A DNA stretch of 64,000 nucleotides from Opitutus sp. GAS368 (GCA_945871085.1 CAMBVX010000001.1:7347-71346), one strand, 5' to 3'; counted from the first letter of the stretch, positions 28,868-39,365 are shown. Notes: generated by a model not told the origin, from the letters alone. Numbers and translations are program-made.

Positions 28868-29255
28868 GGCGGAGCGGCGGAGGTCGGGATAGAAACATCG
28901 TCGCAGTGGAAAATCGCCCCCACCGGTGGCGAGTGCATCGTTCCCGGCGGGGCGGGGGGCGGCGGGCTTGCGGTTTTCGCCGGCGGTCTAAAAAGTTTCG
29001 CACCGAGTGCGTCGCTTTCACCAAATAATGCGGAGTCGCCGCCGACGATGGGAGTTAGGATGCGTCCATGGATTGCGGCGAAATGGCCAACCCGAGCTCG
29101 CTGGAAAATTGGTTTCTGGCGGAGGGATTTTTTTCTGATCGTCTTCGCCGTCGCAACCCGACTCAACACTGTCGTCCTGCCCAAACCTCGCGGGGCGAGG
29201 CGCCTGTTACCCTTGAGGGCGCCGCCTCCTCCTCAACTCAAAACCCGTTAATTCC

Positions 29256-30665
29256 ATGAATGCTCTCTCTTCTCCGGTGTGGTCGCGTCGCGATTTTATC
29301 AAACAGTCGGGTCAGGTCGCTGCGGTGTCGGCGCTGGCCGGCGTCGCGCTGCCGCTCGTGCATGCGGCGGGCAGCGATCTCATCCGCGTCGCCCTCGTGG
29401 GCTGTGGCGGACGCGGCACCGGGGCGGCGGGTCAGGCGATCTCCACGACGAGCGGGCCGATCAAACTCGTGGCCATGGCGGACGTGTTTCCGGCGAAATT
29501 GAAAAGCTCGCTCGAGCGCCTCACCAAACAGTATCCGCAGCTGGCGACGCAGATTGAGGTGCCGGCGGAGCGGCAGTTCATCGGGTTCGACGGGTACAAG
29601 GCGGCGATGGACTGCTTGAAACCGGGCGACGTCGTCATCCTCGCGACCCCGCCGGCGTTTCGTTGGGTGATGTTTCAGCACGCGATCGCGAAGGGGCTGC
29701 ACGTGTTTATGGAGAAACCGCTGTCCGTGGACGGGCCCACGACGCGCCGGATGATTGCCCTCGGGGAGCAGGCGAAGGCAAAGAGTCTCAAGGTGGGCGT
29801 GGGGCTCATGGTCCGCCACTGCGAGGGCCGCAAGGAACTGTATCAGCGCATTCGTCACGGCGAGATCGGCGACATCGTTTCGATGCGGGCCTATCGGATG
29901 GGTTCCGGTGGCGGCACCGCACCGCCCAAACCGGACGGAATTTCCGAACTGATGTATCAGATCTCCAAGTTCCATGCGTTTCTGTGGCTGAGCGGCGGAG
30001 TGTTCTCCGATTACTACATCCACCAAATCGACGAGTGTTCGTGGATGAAGGACGCCTGGCCGGTGGAGGCGATGGCGATCGGTGGACGCCACTATCGCGG
30101 CGATTCGCTCGATCAGAACTTCGACACCTACTCGGTCCAATACACCTATCCCGACGGGGCCAAGCTCTACTATGAAGGGCGCAACATGCCCGGCGTGCAC
30201 AACGAATTTGCCAGCTACGCGCACGGCACGAAGGGTTCGGCGGTTATCACCACGCGATCCCATTCTCCGGGGCAGGTGCGAATCTACGATGGACAGAAGG
30301 TCCCGCGCCTATTGACGGCGAAGGATAAGATCGATCTCGCGGATAAAAATTTGCGCTGGGCGTTTCCGCAGCCGGAGAAAAACCCGCAGCAGCTCGAATG
30401 GGACAACCTCGTCGCGGCGATCCGCCAAGACCAACCCTACAACGAGGTGAAGCGTGGCGCGGAGGCGAGTATGGTCGCGTCGATGGGCCGCATGGCCGCG
30501 CACACGGGGCAGATCATCACGTTTGATCAGATGCTGAACTGTGAACACGAGTTTGCACCGGGCGTGGACCAGCTGACGATGGACGGTCCGTCACCCTTGC
30601 AGTTGGGCCCCGACGGAAAATATCCGGTGCCGCGGCCGGGGATTGAGACGAAGCGGGAGTATTGA
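29256..30665 (+). CDS. TAT-exported Gfo/Idh/MocA-family oxidoreductase
   Basis: Twin-arginine leader SRRDFIKQSGQVAAVSALAG, Rossmann motif VALVGCGGRG, 469 aa. Confidence 0.85.
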   Translation: MNALSSPVWSRRDFIKQSGQVAAVSALAGVALPLVHAAGSDLIRVALVGCGGRGTGAAGQAISTTSGPIKLVAMADVFPAKLKSSLERLTKQYPQLATQIEVPAERQFIGFDGYKAAMDCLKPGDVVILATPPAFRWVMFQHAIAKGLHVFMEKPLSVDGPTTRRMIALGEQAKAKSLKVGVGLMVRHCEGRKELYQRIRHGEIGDIVSMRAYRMGSGGGTAPPKPDGISELMYQISKFHAFLWLSGGVFSDYYIHQIDECSWMKDAWPVEAMAIGGRHYRGDSLDQNFDTYSVQYTYPDGAKLYYEGRNMPGVHNEFASYAHGTKGSAVITTRSHSPGQVRIYDGQKVPRLLTAKDKIDLADKNLRWAFPQPEKNPQQLEWDNLVAAIRQDQPYNEVKRGAEASMVASMGRMAAHTGQIITFDQMLNCEHEFAPGVDQLTMDGPSPLQLGPDGKYPVPRPGIETKREY

Positions 30666-30876
30666 GGGGCGAGGGGAAGCGTCGAGTGCCCGCGCAGCTT
30701 CGCTGAGGGCCGTCACGTTGGTGGAAAATGAGGAGGGCGGGTCGGAGACCGCGCCCTCCTGCGATCAGGTCCGGCGGATGTCGGCGCGGGAGCGCAGGAA
30801 CTGGGGGGACGCGGTGGCGGGGGTCAGAAACGAGCCAGGACCGTTTGCCCCAGCGCCGGTCTTTTGGCGGAGCCGG

Positions 30877-30913
30877 CTGGCGGGCGATTCACCGCGTGAA
30901 AATCGCCCGCCAG
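30877..30913. terminator. 13-bp perfect hairpin between convergent genes (bidirectional terminator candidate, no U-tract)
   Basis: CTGGCGGGCGATT-caccgcgtgaa-AATCGCCCGCCAG, between the stop at 30665 (+) and the stop at 30967 (-). Confidence 0.5.
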
Positions 30914-30966
30914 CACCGGGCTCCTGCCTCCAAGCCGGTGCAGACCAGCTGGAAAGCGAACTGGCA

Positions 30967-33900
30967 TTAGAACGAGAAGGCGTTGGTCAACGTCCACTGG
31001 CGCTCGGGCGGGATGCGGAAGGTGCCCCAGGTGCCATCGGCGTTGGCGGCGATCGGGATGACCTGATCCTTGGCGTTGAGATTGCGGACGTTGAGACCCA
31101 CGTTCCACGTCACCGGTTTGCCAAAGGCCCGCAACTTCCGTGTGTAGCCCGCGCTCAGATCGATGACGGTGCTGCCGGGGCCCCAATAAGGGCGCGTGAT
31201 GTCAGCGAGGGGCCCGGTGGCCGTGGTGATAAAGGGATAGCCGATTCCGATCTTGTCCTGCCAGCGGAGCGCGCCGGCGAGGTTCACCCCGCGGAGGAAG
31301 CCCTCGCGGAAATCGTAACGCGTCACGACATTGGCGCGCCACTTGCGGATTTCCGGAGCGGCGGAGCCGGACAGGGCGGCGGCGGTGCGGATCGAGGGGA
31401 GCGTCTCGCCCACGTATTGAGAATAGAAGTTCAGGATTTCGTTCGAAGCCGGGTTGCGCGAGCCGGGGAGCAAGGCGCCATTATACAGCGTATCGAGATT
31501 CTGCTTCCACGCGGCGGCAAAGGCGAGTTCCTCGACGGCCACGTTGGCTTTGACGGCCTCGTTTTTGGCGACGCTGAGCGAGACGCGCCAGTTGCGCGTG
31601 GGATTGATGATCGCCTCGAACTCCGTGCCCGTAGACTCGGTGTCGCTCGTGGAGGAGAGATTCGTGATGTTTTCCGGCACCCATTGCAGCGTGGCGCCGC
31701 TGCCGGTGAAGCGGGGATGGAAATTTTTCTCGGCCCCAATGTTGCGCTTGAGGCGGGCGGGGATCGTCTCGTAGAGCGCGAGGGCGACGTCACCGAAGGT
31801 CCGGAAGGTCGGGTGGAGGTAGTTGAAGTCCGCCGGATTCAGGCCGGCGTCCCGGGCGGCGAGCACGCGGCCGATCATCGCGCTGATGTAGGAGTAGGGA
31901 TTGCCCACGCCGCCAATGGAATCGGATTTGATGCGCGTCTTGAACCGGTTGATGCGCAGATCGATTTTCCCGTGGAAGGTGGTGAATGAAACCCCAAACT
32001 CCTCTGTGTCGGCCGAGGGCGAACCGACCTCCTCATTCCAGCTGTTGCGCCGCTGACCGACGGGATTGAAGTTGCCCGAGGCGTTCCAAAATGCGCGCAT
32101 TTCCGTTGCTCCGGGCAGCTTGACCGGCAGCCGACCGACGACGCTCTTGGTCCAGCTGCGTTTGCCCTGCGCGACGGCGGGTTGGAAGACGATCTTGGAT
32201 TCGTCCAGGTTGCCGTCGGCGAGCCGAGTGGGCGCGAGAGAAGTGAACGCCTCATCGCTATCTTCGCGCCAGCCGACGACGGTGACGATGTGGTCCTTGA
32301 GCCAATGGCTCTGGAGCGCGAAGGCGGTGGAGCTCAGATCCTCCCTTTGGTCAACGGCCCGATTGAGGATGCGCAGCGGCTTGGAGGTGCCGGTGACGAA
32401 TGACCGGCGGACGGGGTCGTAAACTTGTAGTGTATAGCTCTGACCGTATTGCGGCCGGCCGCTCGTGATCGGCGAGAGGCGGACCGCTTCGACGCTGGGG
32501 GTGTTGAGCAGTGACGGGCCAATATAGAACCAGCCGTTGACTTGCGTGCCGAACGTTCCGGGCAACGCCCCGGCGAGACTGGACTGGGGATTAATCTGCC
32601 CGGCCGGATCCCAGGTGCTGGCATAGGTGCGGTTGAAGCGCTCGATCTTCGTATTAAACAGGAGGGCCGAGAGCGTGTGCCGTCCGAGCTGCCGCATGAT
32701 TTTCGAATCGCTGCGGGCGAAGTCGTGCTTAAAAAATGCGGTCAGTTGGGCGGACTCGCGTTGGGTGCGATTCATCTGATCGCGGAAAACATCCGCGGTG
32801 CTGATGAACGGCCGGCCGAAATTCGGGTTCGGGATGCCGAGCGGGAATTCGGTCGAGCGCACACTGAGGACCGAGTTGACGTCGACCAGAATGCCTTCGT
32901 CGTTGCCGGAACCGGGAATCGGAAAGTCCCGGCGGCGAGTGAAGGTCTGGTCGTTATACGCGATTTCCAGGCCGGCCTTGCCCTGCATGAACAACTGTTC
33001 GTAGCGGAAGTCCGCCGCCTTGAAGCGTTGTTCGCGATAGTCGAGGGCCCCGGTGAGCAGGTGATCGTAGAAGTTGAAGATTTGCGGGTCACCGAGGTGC
33101 GTCCGGACGTAGCCGGCACGGAGGCGATTCGCATCGCCGGTGGAGCGTAGAGCCCCACCGGGGCTGCCCGCCAAGGTGGCCGGGATCGAGCCCTGAAAGC
33201 CCTGGATGCCAGCGAGGCTGGGGGTCGGAATGCCCACGCCGGCGTTCGCGGAGTTCGCGTTCGCATAGACGAGCGCAAATTGGTTGTAGAGGGGGAAGCC
33301 TTGGATGATGCCCGTCCCGGCGCCCGTGACCGTGGCACCGGCGGCGTTTTGCACCAGCTGGCGGGCGCCGTCATATTTCCACTTCGGATTGATCGCATTG
33401 AACCAGTTGCCGACGGTGAAGGTCGGCGTGATCGGATCGGGCGGCACGCCCTCGATTCTGCCCGACTCGTAGTTTGCGCGAAACGTGCCGCGACCGAGGA
33501 ACGAGCCTCGCTGCGGATCGAGGACGCGGTAGTTGAGTGCGGTGTAGAGGCGCTGATCCTTCGCGTAGGCGGGATTCTGGCGGAAAAACGTTTGGTCGTT
33601 CAGTAAATCGAGGCGGACCGCGAGCCGCTGCGGAATGATGACCTTGTTCAAATGCATCTCTTCGCGGTGGGAGTCGTAGGAGCTGAAGCGGGAGACGACG
33701 CGGTAGTTGTCCTTAAACGTCGCTTTGCGCAGGGCGGCGTCGATCACTCCGCCCGCGCTCCCGACGCCCGCGAGAATGGCGTTGGGGCCGCGACTGATCG
33801 TGACCGTCTCGAAACTGTAGCCATCACTCGGGATATCCGACGCGAAAAAATCACGCGTGCGGGTCGCCTGCGCCAAGGCGCGCACGCGGTTGACGCTCGA

Positions 33901-34386
33901 TGGATCGTCCCGCACCTCGGCCGAGTTCTCCCCGACGATGCCGGCAAAATTTCCGTTCTGGCCGCCGCCCTCCGTGGACGCGGTGTAGGTCAAAATGTCT
34001 TCGATTTTGGAGACGTTGATATCAGCGAGAAACTCGGCGGTGTAAACGGACACCGCCGCGCCGACATCCTTCAAGTTCGTGTTGAGTCGCGTGCCCGCGA
34101 GCGTGCTGGCCGCCTGATAACCGGTGTCCTGCGTCGATTCGACGACGAACGGGCTCAGTTCAACCGGGGCGTCCTTTTTCGGATCAGGCGCGGGCGTGGC
34201 AGTCTGCGCCAAGCCTTCCGCGGCCAAAAACAATCCGAGCGCGGCCGACAGGTGACGAATCGGGCGCAAGCGGCGCGTTTCAACCGGAGGGCGAAACGCC
34301 ACCGCAGCAGGCGGGGTAGAGACAGATCGCGCAGCGACGAATGAGAGTGCGCAGGGGGCGGACGAGCCAAGGAGCGACGACGGCAT
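30967..34386 (-). CDS. TonB-dependent receptor-like outer-membrane protein (plug + large barrel)
   Basis: Start at MPSSLLGSS (34386). Plug-like VELSPFVVESTQDTGYQAASTLAGTRLNTNLKDVGAAVSVYTAEFL, a barrel of about 1000 aa, and a C-terminal ...WTLTNAFSF. The track ORF extension to 34761 runs through an R1 repeat and the sulfatase stop and is rejected. Confidence 0.8.
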   Translation of the reverse strand: MPSSLLGSSAPCALSFVAARSVSTPPAAVAFRPPVETRRLRPIRHLSAALGLFLAAEGLAQTATPAPDPKKDAPVELSPFVVESTQDTGYQAASTLAGTRLNTNLKDVGAAVSVYTAEFLADINVSKIEDILTYTASTEGGGQNGNFAGIVGENSAEVRDDPSSVNRVRALAQATRTRDFFASDIPSDGYSFETVTISRGPNAILAGVGSAGGVIDAALRKATFKDNYRVVSRFSSYDSHREEMHLNKVIIPQRLAVRLDLLNDQTFFRQNPAYAKDQRLYTALNYRVLDPQRGSFLGRGTFRANYESGRIEGVPPDPITPTFTVGNWFNAINPKWKYDGARQLVQNAAGATVTGAGTGIIQGFPLYNQFALVYANANSANAGVGIPTPSLAGIQGFQGSIPATLAGSPGGALRSTGDANRLRAGYVRTHLGDPQIFNFYDHLLTGALDYREQRFKAADFRYEQLFMQGKAGLEIAYNDQTFTRRRDFPIPGSGNDEGILVDVNSVLSVRSTEFPLGIPNPNFGRPFISTADVFRDQMNRTQRESAQLTAFFKHDFARSDSKIMRQLGRHTLSALLFNTKIERFNRTYASTWDPAGQINPQSSLAGALPGTFGTQVNGWFYIGPSLLNTPSVEAVRLSPITSGRPQYGQSYTLQVYDPVRRSFVTGTSKPLRILNRAVDQREDLSSTAFALQSHWLKDHIVTVVGWREDSDEAFTSLAPTRLADGNLDESKIVFQPAVAQGKRSWTKSVVGRLPVKLPGATEMRAFWNASGNFNPVGQRRNSWNEEVGSPSADTEEFGVSFTTFHGKIDLRINRFKTRIKSDSIGGVGNPYSYISAMIGRVLAARDAGLNPADFNYLHPTFRTFGDVALALYETIPARLKRNIGAEKNFHPRFTGSGATLQWVPENITNLSSTSDTESTGTEFEAIINPTRNWRVSLSVAKNEAVKANVAVEELAFAAAWKQNLDTLYNGALLPGSRNPASNEILNFYSQYVGETLPSIRTAAALSGSAAPEIRKWRANVVTRYDFREGFLRGVNLAGALRWQDKIGIGYPFITTATGPLADITRPYWGPGSTVIDLSAGYTRKLRAFGKPVTWNVGLNVRNLNAKDQVIPIAANADGTWGTFRIPPERQWTLTNAFSF

Positions 34387-34575
34387 GGGGAGCGGGGTTA
34401 GGAACAGGATTGGGAACTGGATGTGAACTAACCTCCGAGCATACCAAGGCAGACCCGATGGCGCCACTCCCCTATTCGGGTGAATTCGCCGACAAACGTG
34501 CCGTGATTTTTGAACGTGGCGAAGAGCCTGGGGTGGGCGCAACTGGAAATCGGGGTTCCCCGCTGTTTCCGACGG

Positions 34576-34686
34576 ATTGGCGATTTGGCTGCGGAGCCAC
34601 CGGCCTCCGTGCCTGTGGGGATTGGCGCCACGCCCGCCCGACCGGCAGGCAGGGACGCCTGCCGCTACACTGACCTGACGAACGCC
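34576..34686 (+). repeat. R1 element (copy c)
   Basis: ttggcgatttggctgcGGAGCCACCGGCctccgtGCCTGTGGggattggcgccacgcccgcccgaccGGCAGGCagggacGCCTGCCgctacactgacctgacgaacgcc. Confidence 0.85.
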
Positions 34687-34757
34687 CTGGTCGCCAAAAA
34701 TTACCGAGGAACCGGAATTTTTTCCGGCGAACGCGGCGGTCGCGGCGAGGCGGTGGC

Positions 34758-36257
34758 TCAAAGCGAGGGCGGGCGGGTGGACTTCGCGGACTGGGCTTTT
34801 TCCAGGTGCTCGGCCAAACGTTGGGCGAATTCCGGTTGCTGGTGGATGAGGTTCTTCGTTTCGCCCATGTCGGTGGAAAGATCATACAGGGCGGGCTTGG
34901 CGGGTTGATGCGGTTTTTTGGCCGCAGAGCTCCAGCCGTCCGCCACGGCCAAATCGGGGAGGTATTTCCACGGACCCTGGCGGAGGGCGAGATCGCCATT
35001 GCCGCTCATCACGATGAGGGAGTCGCGCTTCGTCGGCTGCGGCTGGCCGAGCAAAGTGGGCAGCAGATTGAAGCTGTCCGGTGCGGCTCTGTCCGGGAGC
35101 TTTTCGCCGGCCACGGCGGCGGCAGTGGCCGCCAGATCAACGAGGCAGACGAGATCATGCGAGGTGGTGTCGGGGGCGATGTGTCCCGGCCACCGGGCGA
35201 GGAACGGCACGCGGTGCCCGCCTTCCCAAAGCTGGGATTTTTTGCCGCGCCAGGGACCGTTGGGCAGATGGCCAGCCTCGTGGGTGGGGTGGGCCCCGTT
35301 GTCACTGGAAAAAATGATGAGCGTGTCCTGCGCGAGCCCGAGGCGTTCGAGGGTCTTCATGACTTCACCGACCGACCAATCGAGCTCGCTGAGCATATCG
35401 GCGCGGTTGCCCAGGCCAGTGGTCCCGACAAAACGCGGATGGGGAATGGTCGGCGCGTGCACATCGTGCGGCGCGAAGTAGAGGAAGAACGGCTGCGCCT
35501 TGTTTCGCTCAAGGAAGCCCACGACCTCGCGCGTGAAGGTGTCGGCAATCGTCTCGTCGTTCCAGAGCGCGGCCTTGCCCCCAGACATGAAGCCGATGCG
35601 TTCGCGACCGGCCGCCCATCTCACCAGGCCACCCGCGGCGGCGACCTTGGGATCGAAGGTGTAGCCGATCGGGTCGGCGGGATCGAGGCCCACCACACGA
35701 TGGCCGCGCACGTAAACCGTCGGAACGCGATCGTTCGTCGCCGGTAATCCGAAGAACTCATCGAAGCCGATCTCCAGCGGTCCGGGCGCGAGATCTTGAT
35801 TGTAGTCGGGTCGGGTGGTGCCGAAGCCGAGGTGCCATTTCCCGATCACTCCGGTGCGATAGCCGGCCTTTTTCATGATCCCGGGCAGAGTGGTGGAGCC
35901 GACGGGGATCAGCAACGGGGCGTCGGCATTGGCGACGCCCTTGTTCAGGCCGGGCGTATTCTTGCGCCAGGAATACTCGCCCGTGAGCAGCGAATAACGC
36001 GTCGGCGTGCAGACGGAGGCGGAGGCATGGGCGTCGGTGAAGCGCATCCCTTCCTTCGCCAGGCGGTCGAGGTTGGGCGTCTTGGTCTTGGTCGCACCGT
36101 AGCATCCGAGATCCCCCCAGCCCACGTCGTCGCTCACGATGATCAGCACGTTCGGCGGTCGGACGAGGGTGGCGGCGGGCGTGGGGCCGATCAACGCGGT
36201 CAGCATGGTGACCAGCAGGGGCCAGCGGGCGCGGCGGAGATATTTCAGGAGAAGCAT
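34758..36257 (-). CDS. Arylsulfatase-family (formylglycine-dependent) sulfatase, exported
   Basis: Start MLLLKYLRRARWPLLVTML at 36257. PNVLIIVSDDVGWGDLG and the FGly motif SVCTPTRYSLLTG. Confidence 0.88.
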   Translation of the reverse strand: MLLLKYLRRARWPLLVTMLTALIGPTPAATLVRPPNVLIIVSDDVGWGDLGCYGATKTKTPNLDRLAKEGMRFTDAHASASVCTPTRYSLLTGEYSWRKNTPGLNKGVANADAPLLIPVGSTTLPGIMKKAGYRTGVIGKWHLGFGTTRPDYNQDLAPGPLEIGFDEFFGLPATNDRVPTVYVRGHRVVGLDPADPIGYTFDPKVAAAGGLVRWAAGRERIGFMSGGKAALWNDETIADTFTREVVGFLERNKAQPFFLYFAPHDVHAPTIPHPRFVGTTGLGNRADMLSELDWSVGEVMKTLERLGLAQDTLIIFSSDNGAHPTHEAGHLPNGPWRGKKSQLWEGGHRVPFLARWPGHIAPDTTSHDLVCLVDLAATAAAVAGEKLPDRAAPDSFNLLPTLLGQPQPTKRDSLIVMSGNGDLALRQGPWKYLPDLAVADGWSSAAKKPHQPAKPALYDLSTDMGETKNLIHQQPEFAQRLAEHLEKAQSAKSTRPPSL

Positions 36258-36438
36258 TTTCGGGCCCGCCGCAGCAGTGAGAAACCACGGGCGGCGATTG
36301 TCGGTGTTGCGAATTTGGCGGACGTGCCCAAGGGCGACGCCGACCGAGGGAGTGGGGGAGGGAATTAAAGCTGAACTACGCGGCCAGTCTACCAACGCAG
36401 ACGTGCTGCCGCCACCCCCCATCCGGGTGATTTTACAC

Positions 36439-37077
36439 TTACTCCAAATGCACGATGCCGTGGCGCACGGCGCTGATCGCGGCGTCGGTGCGGTCGCGCA
36501 CCTTGAGTTTCGCGAACAGGGTCTTCAGGTGCGACTTGACGGTCTCGTCGGAAATATAGAGCTGCGCGCCGATCTCCTTGTTGCTGCGCCCGCGCACCAG
36601 CAGCTCCAGCACCTCCCTCTCCCGCGTGGTGAGATCCTGCCGCTGGGCTCGCACGGCGAGACACTCCGCGATTCGCGGCGGGAGCGCCGTGCTACCGCGA
36701 TGCACCGCGCGAATCGCTCCCGCAATTTCCTCGGTCGACATGTCTTTCAGTAAATAGGACTTCGCGCCGGACTGCATCGCGCGAAACACATCCTCGTCCG
36801 CCTCATAGGTCGTCAGCACAATCACGCGGATCTCCGGATCGCGCGCGCGCAGGCCGATGATGGTTTCCACGCCACCGATGCCGGGCAGGCGCAAGTCCAT
36901 CAGGATGACCGCGGCGAGGTCCGGTTGGTCAGCCGCGAGCACTTCCTCGCCGGAGGAGAACTGGGCGGACACGGTCATGTCGGGCTGGCTCTCGATTAAC
37001 GCCGCCAGCCCCATGCGAAAGGTGGGGTGGTCTTCGACGATCAACACCTGGATGAGAGCGGGCGTGGGCTTTTTCAT
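36439..37077 (-). CDS. NarL/FixJ-family response regulator (REC + LuxR HTH)
   Basis: VLIVEDHPTFRMGL...VILMDLRLPGIGG receiver. HTH LTTREREVLELLVRGRSNKEIGAQLYISDETVKSHLKTLFAKL. Confidence 0.92.
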   Translation of the reverse strand: MKKPTPALIQVLIVEDHPTFRMGLAALIESQPDMTVSAQFSSGEEVLAADQPDLAAVILMDLRLPGIGGVETIIGLRARDPEIRVIVLTTYEADEDVFRAMQSGAKSYLLKDMSTEEIAGAIRAVHRGSTALPPRIAECLAVRAQRQDLTTREREVLELLVRGRSNKEIGAQLYISDETVKSHLKTLFAKLKVRDRTDAAISAVRHGIVHLE

Positions 37078-37103
37078 GGGGTCGAGCGGGTGGCGGCACC
37101 AGG

Positions 37104-39269
37104 CTACGCCGGCAAAAACTTGGCCGCAACTTCCACGCTCGTGCCGCCGTTTTCGCCGCGCCGAATCCGCAGTTCGCCACCCATCTGCTCGACCCGCTCC
37201 TGCATGCCCTGCAGGCCGAAATGACCCACGGCACGCTCGGCGGCCGGATCGAAGCCCCGCCCGTCATCGCGGACGACGAGGAGGATGCGGGCGGCCTCGA
37301 AGCTGATTTCCAAATCGATCACGTGCGCCTGCGCATGCTTCAGCGCGTTGGCCACCGCCTCCTGTCCGATGCGCAGGAGATGATGCTCGATCAGGGGCGC
37401 CAGGCGGCGCGGTTTGCCGGAGACGTGCGTGCGAATCGTGCAGCCCAGACCGGCGCTCATCTGCTCGGCCACCGCCCGCAACGCCCCCAGTAAATCGTTT
37501 TTCTCCAGAACGTGCGAACGCATGTCCCAGATTGATTCCCGCACCTCGGCCAGACAACTGCGCACGATCCCGTGGGCCGTCACCAGGTGCGCCATGATCT
37601 CCTCGACGGCCCCGTGCTTGGCGGAATTCTTTGCCAACTCCATTTGCATCGAGACCGCGTTGAGCTCCTGCGCGATCGTATCATGGATTTCGCGCGCCAA
37701 CCGGTTGCGCTCCGCCAGCATCGCGGCGAACTCCACCTCGGCCAGCGTGCGCGCCTCTTCCCGTTGCGCGATTTTCCGGCGGGCTAAAACCGACACGACG
37801 ACCAGTGCGACCAAGATCACGGCGGTCAGCGTCACCGCGATTGCCAACGCCCGTCGGGTCGTCAGCCAGGGCGCGGCGCGGAGCACGGTGAGATCCTGCG
37901 GGCTGCGCAGGAATAGTTGCATCCGATCCGCCACCCACAGCCCGGAAGGCGGCAAAAAATTCGCCTGCCCGGGCTGGCAGATTCCGGTCGCCCGCACCCG
38001 GCTCCCCGGCTCCCACCGTGCGCCCGGCGGTTCACCGGCCCCACGCGGCAGCAGCGCGTCGACCCGGGTGCCGTTCCAGTCCAGGGCCAACAGCCACCCC
38101 TCCGCCGTGGGCCGCACCTCGTCGAGCGTCGCCTCAATTTGCACGAGGTTGGAATCCTGCCCGGCAATCTTTTCCGGCGTGTCCAGCACCAGCGGCACCG
38201 GCGGCGCACCGGGCGCGACCTGACGGAAAATCGCGTCGTTCAAGTGGGGCGCATAACCACCATGATCGGCGAAGCCCACGACCTCCACCACGTCGCCCGG
38301 CAAAATCGCGCCCGCCTGGTCCGTCGCCACGCGCAAGCCACGTTCCCCTGCTTGGAGCCACAAGGTCCGGCCCGGCTGCTGCGCCGTGACGACGCCGCGC
38401 ACGCGAATCCGGTGACCCGTAAAGCCGGTGGGCGTGAAGCGCAGGATTTCATCAATGGGCTGGAACGGCAGGGCAAACGGATCGGGGGGCGGCGGCGTGG
38501 CGATGGTGATCATGCCCGCCTGCGCGACCTGGACATTTGCCCGCACGAATTGCCGGTTGGCATTGTGCACGTTGAACACGACGCCGCGCAACGTGACCTT
38601 CGCGTCGATCAATTGCTCGGGGGCCACGCGATCGCGGAGCTGCACGACCAGCCGGTCGCTGCCTTGCGCGAGGGTGATGGTCCAGCTTTCCGCTCCGGAG
38701 CCGGGCGGTGCCACGCGGTTGGCCGGAGCCACCTCCCCCGGGCGCGGAACGGCGAAGGGATCCCACGGCGTCGGCCGGCACGAGCGCACGATGCCTTCGA
38801 GCTCAACCCAAGCGGCATCAAAACCACCGGCACCCAGGTCGGCGATGGTCGTCGGCCGGGGCCGTGGTAACGGGCCGGTGCCGATCCAGGTGAGGCGCGT
38901 CGCGCGCACCATCGGCGCGAAACCGCCCGCATCCGTCACCCCGGTTACCTCCAGCCGATCGCCGGGGCGCCGGCTGTTTCCGATCACGTGATTCAATTCA
39001 ACGTAGATACTGTCGGTCTCATCACGCAGCACGAGGGCATCCCGGTGACGGGTGACGAGCAAAAGCGTTCCGCTCAACTGCACGGGACGCTGCTGCGCCG
39101 CTGCGGCGGGCGAAAGCAGACGGACCGCGGCGGCCGTTTTTAGCGGCGGCGGCGGCGCACTTTCCGATCGCGCCGAAATCGCTGCCAGCGCGACCAGCAA
39201 CCAGAGCCCGAGGGGTAAAGCCTGCCACCGCGCAATCACGGACCGGAATGTTTTCAGCTTTCTCCGCAT
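37104..39269 (-). CDS. Sensor histidine kinase, HisKA_3 (NarX/LiaS-like) with about 440-aa periplasmic domain
   Basis: N-terminal signal/TM, a second TM (ALAIAVTLTAVILVALVVVSVL), H-box REIHDTIAQELNAV and an HATPase_c region (LLRIGQEAVANALKHA...DDGRGF...GLQGMQERV). Confidence 0.9.
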   Translation of the reverse strand: MRRKLKTFRSVIARWQALPLGLWLLVALAAISARSESAPPPPLKTAAAVRLLSPAAAAQQRPVQLSGTLLLVTRHRDALVLRDETDSIYVELNHVIGNSRRPGDRLEVTGVTDAGGFAPMVRATRLTWIGTGPLPRPRPTTIADLGAGGFDAAWVELEGIVRSCRPTPWDPFAVPRPGEVAPANRVAPPGSGAESWTITLAQGSDRLVVQLRDRVAPEQLIDAKVTLRGVVFNVHNANRQFVRANVQVAQAGMITIATPPPPDPFALPFQPIDEILRFTPTGFTGHRIRVRGVVTAQQPGRTLWLQAGERGLRVATDQAGAILPGDVVEVVGFADHGGYAPHLNDAIFRQVAPGAPPVPLVLDTPEKIAGQDSNLVQIEATLDEVRPTAEGWLLALDWNGTRVDALLPRGAGEPPGARWEPGSRVRATGICQPGQANFLPPSGLWVADRMQLFLRSPQDLTVLRAAPWLTTRRALAIAVTLTAVILVALVVVSVLARRKIAQREEARTLAEVEFAAMLAERNRLAREIHDTIAQELNAVSMQMELAKNSAKHGAVEEIMAHLVTAHGIVRSCLAEVRESIWDMRSHVLEKNDLLGALRAVAEQMSAGLGCTIRTHVSGKPRRLAPLIEHHLLRIGQEAVANALKHAQAHVIDLEISFEAARILLVVRDDGRGFDPAAERAVGHFGLQGMQERVEQMGGELRIRRGENGGTSVEVAAKFLPA

Positions 39270-39365
39270 GGCGACCTAAAAATAGGTGCGACGCCGGCGC
39301 GTGGCCCAAGAGCGGAGGTCCGAACCGTCAGCGTGCCGCACAGCTGAGATGCACGAAGCGGGCGG

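Noticed and set aside
29238-31989. ORFs 29238..30263 (-) and 30643..31989 (+)
   Set aside because: Antisense to the Gfo/Idh/MocA oxidoreductase and the TonB-dependent receptor respectively. The translations are Arg/His/Gly-rich.
34387-34761. N-terminal 125-aa extension of the TonB-receptor ORF
   Set aside because: It runs through an R1 repeat (translated ...AAGVPACRSGGRGANPHRHGG...) and overlaps the sulfatase stop. A proper start with a leader follows at 34386.
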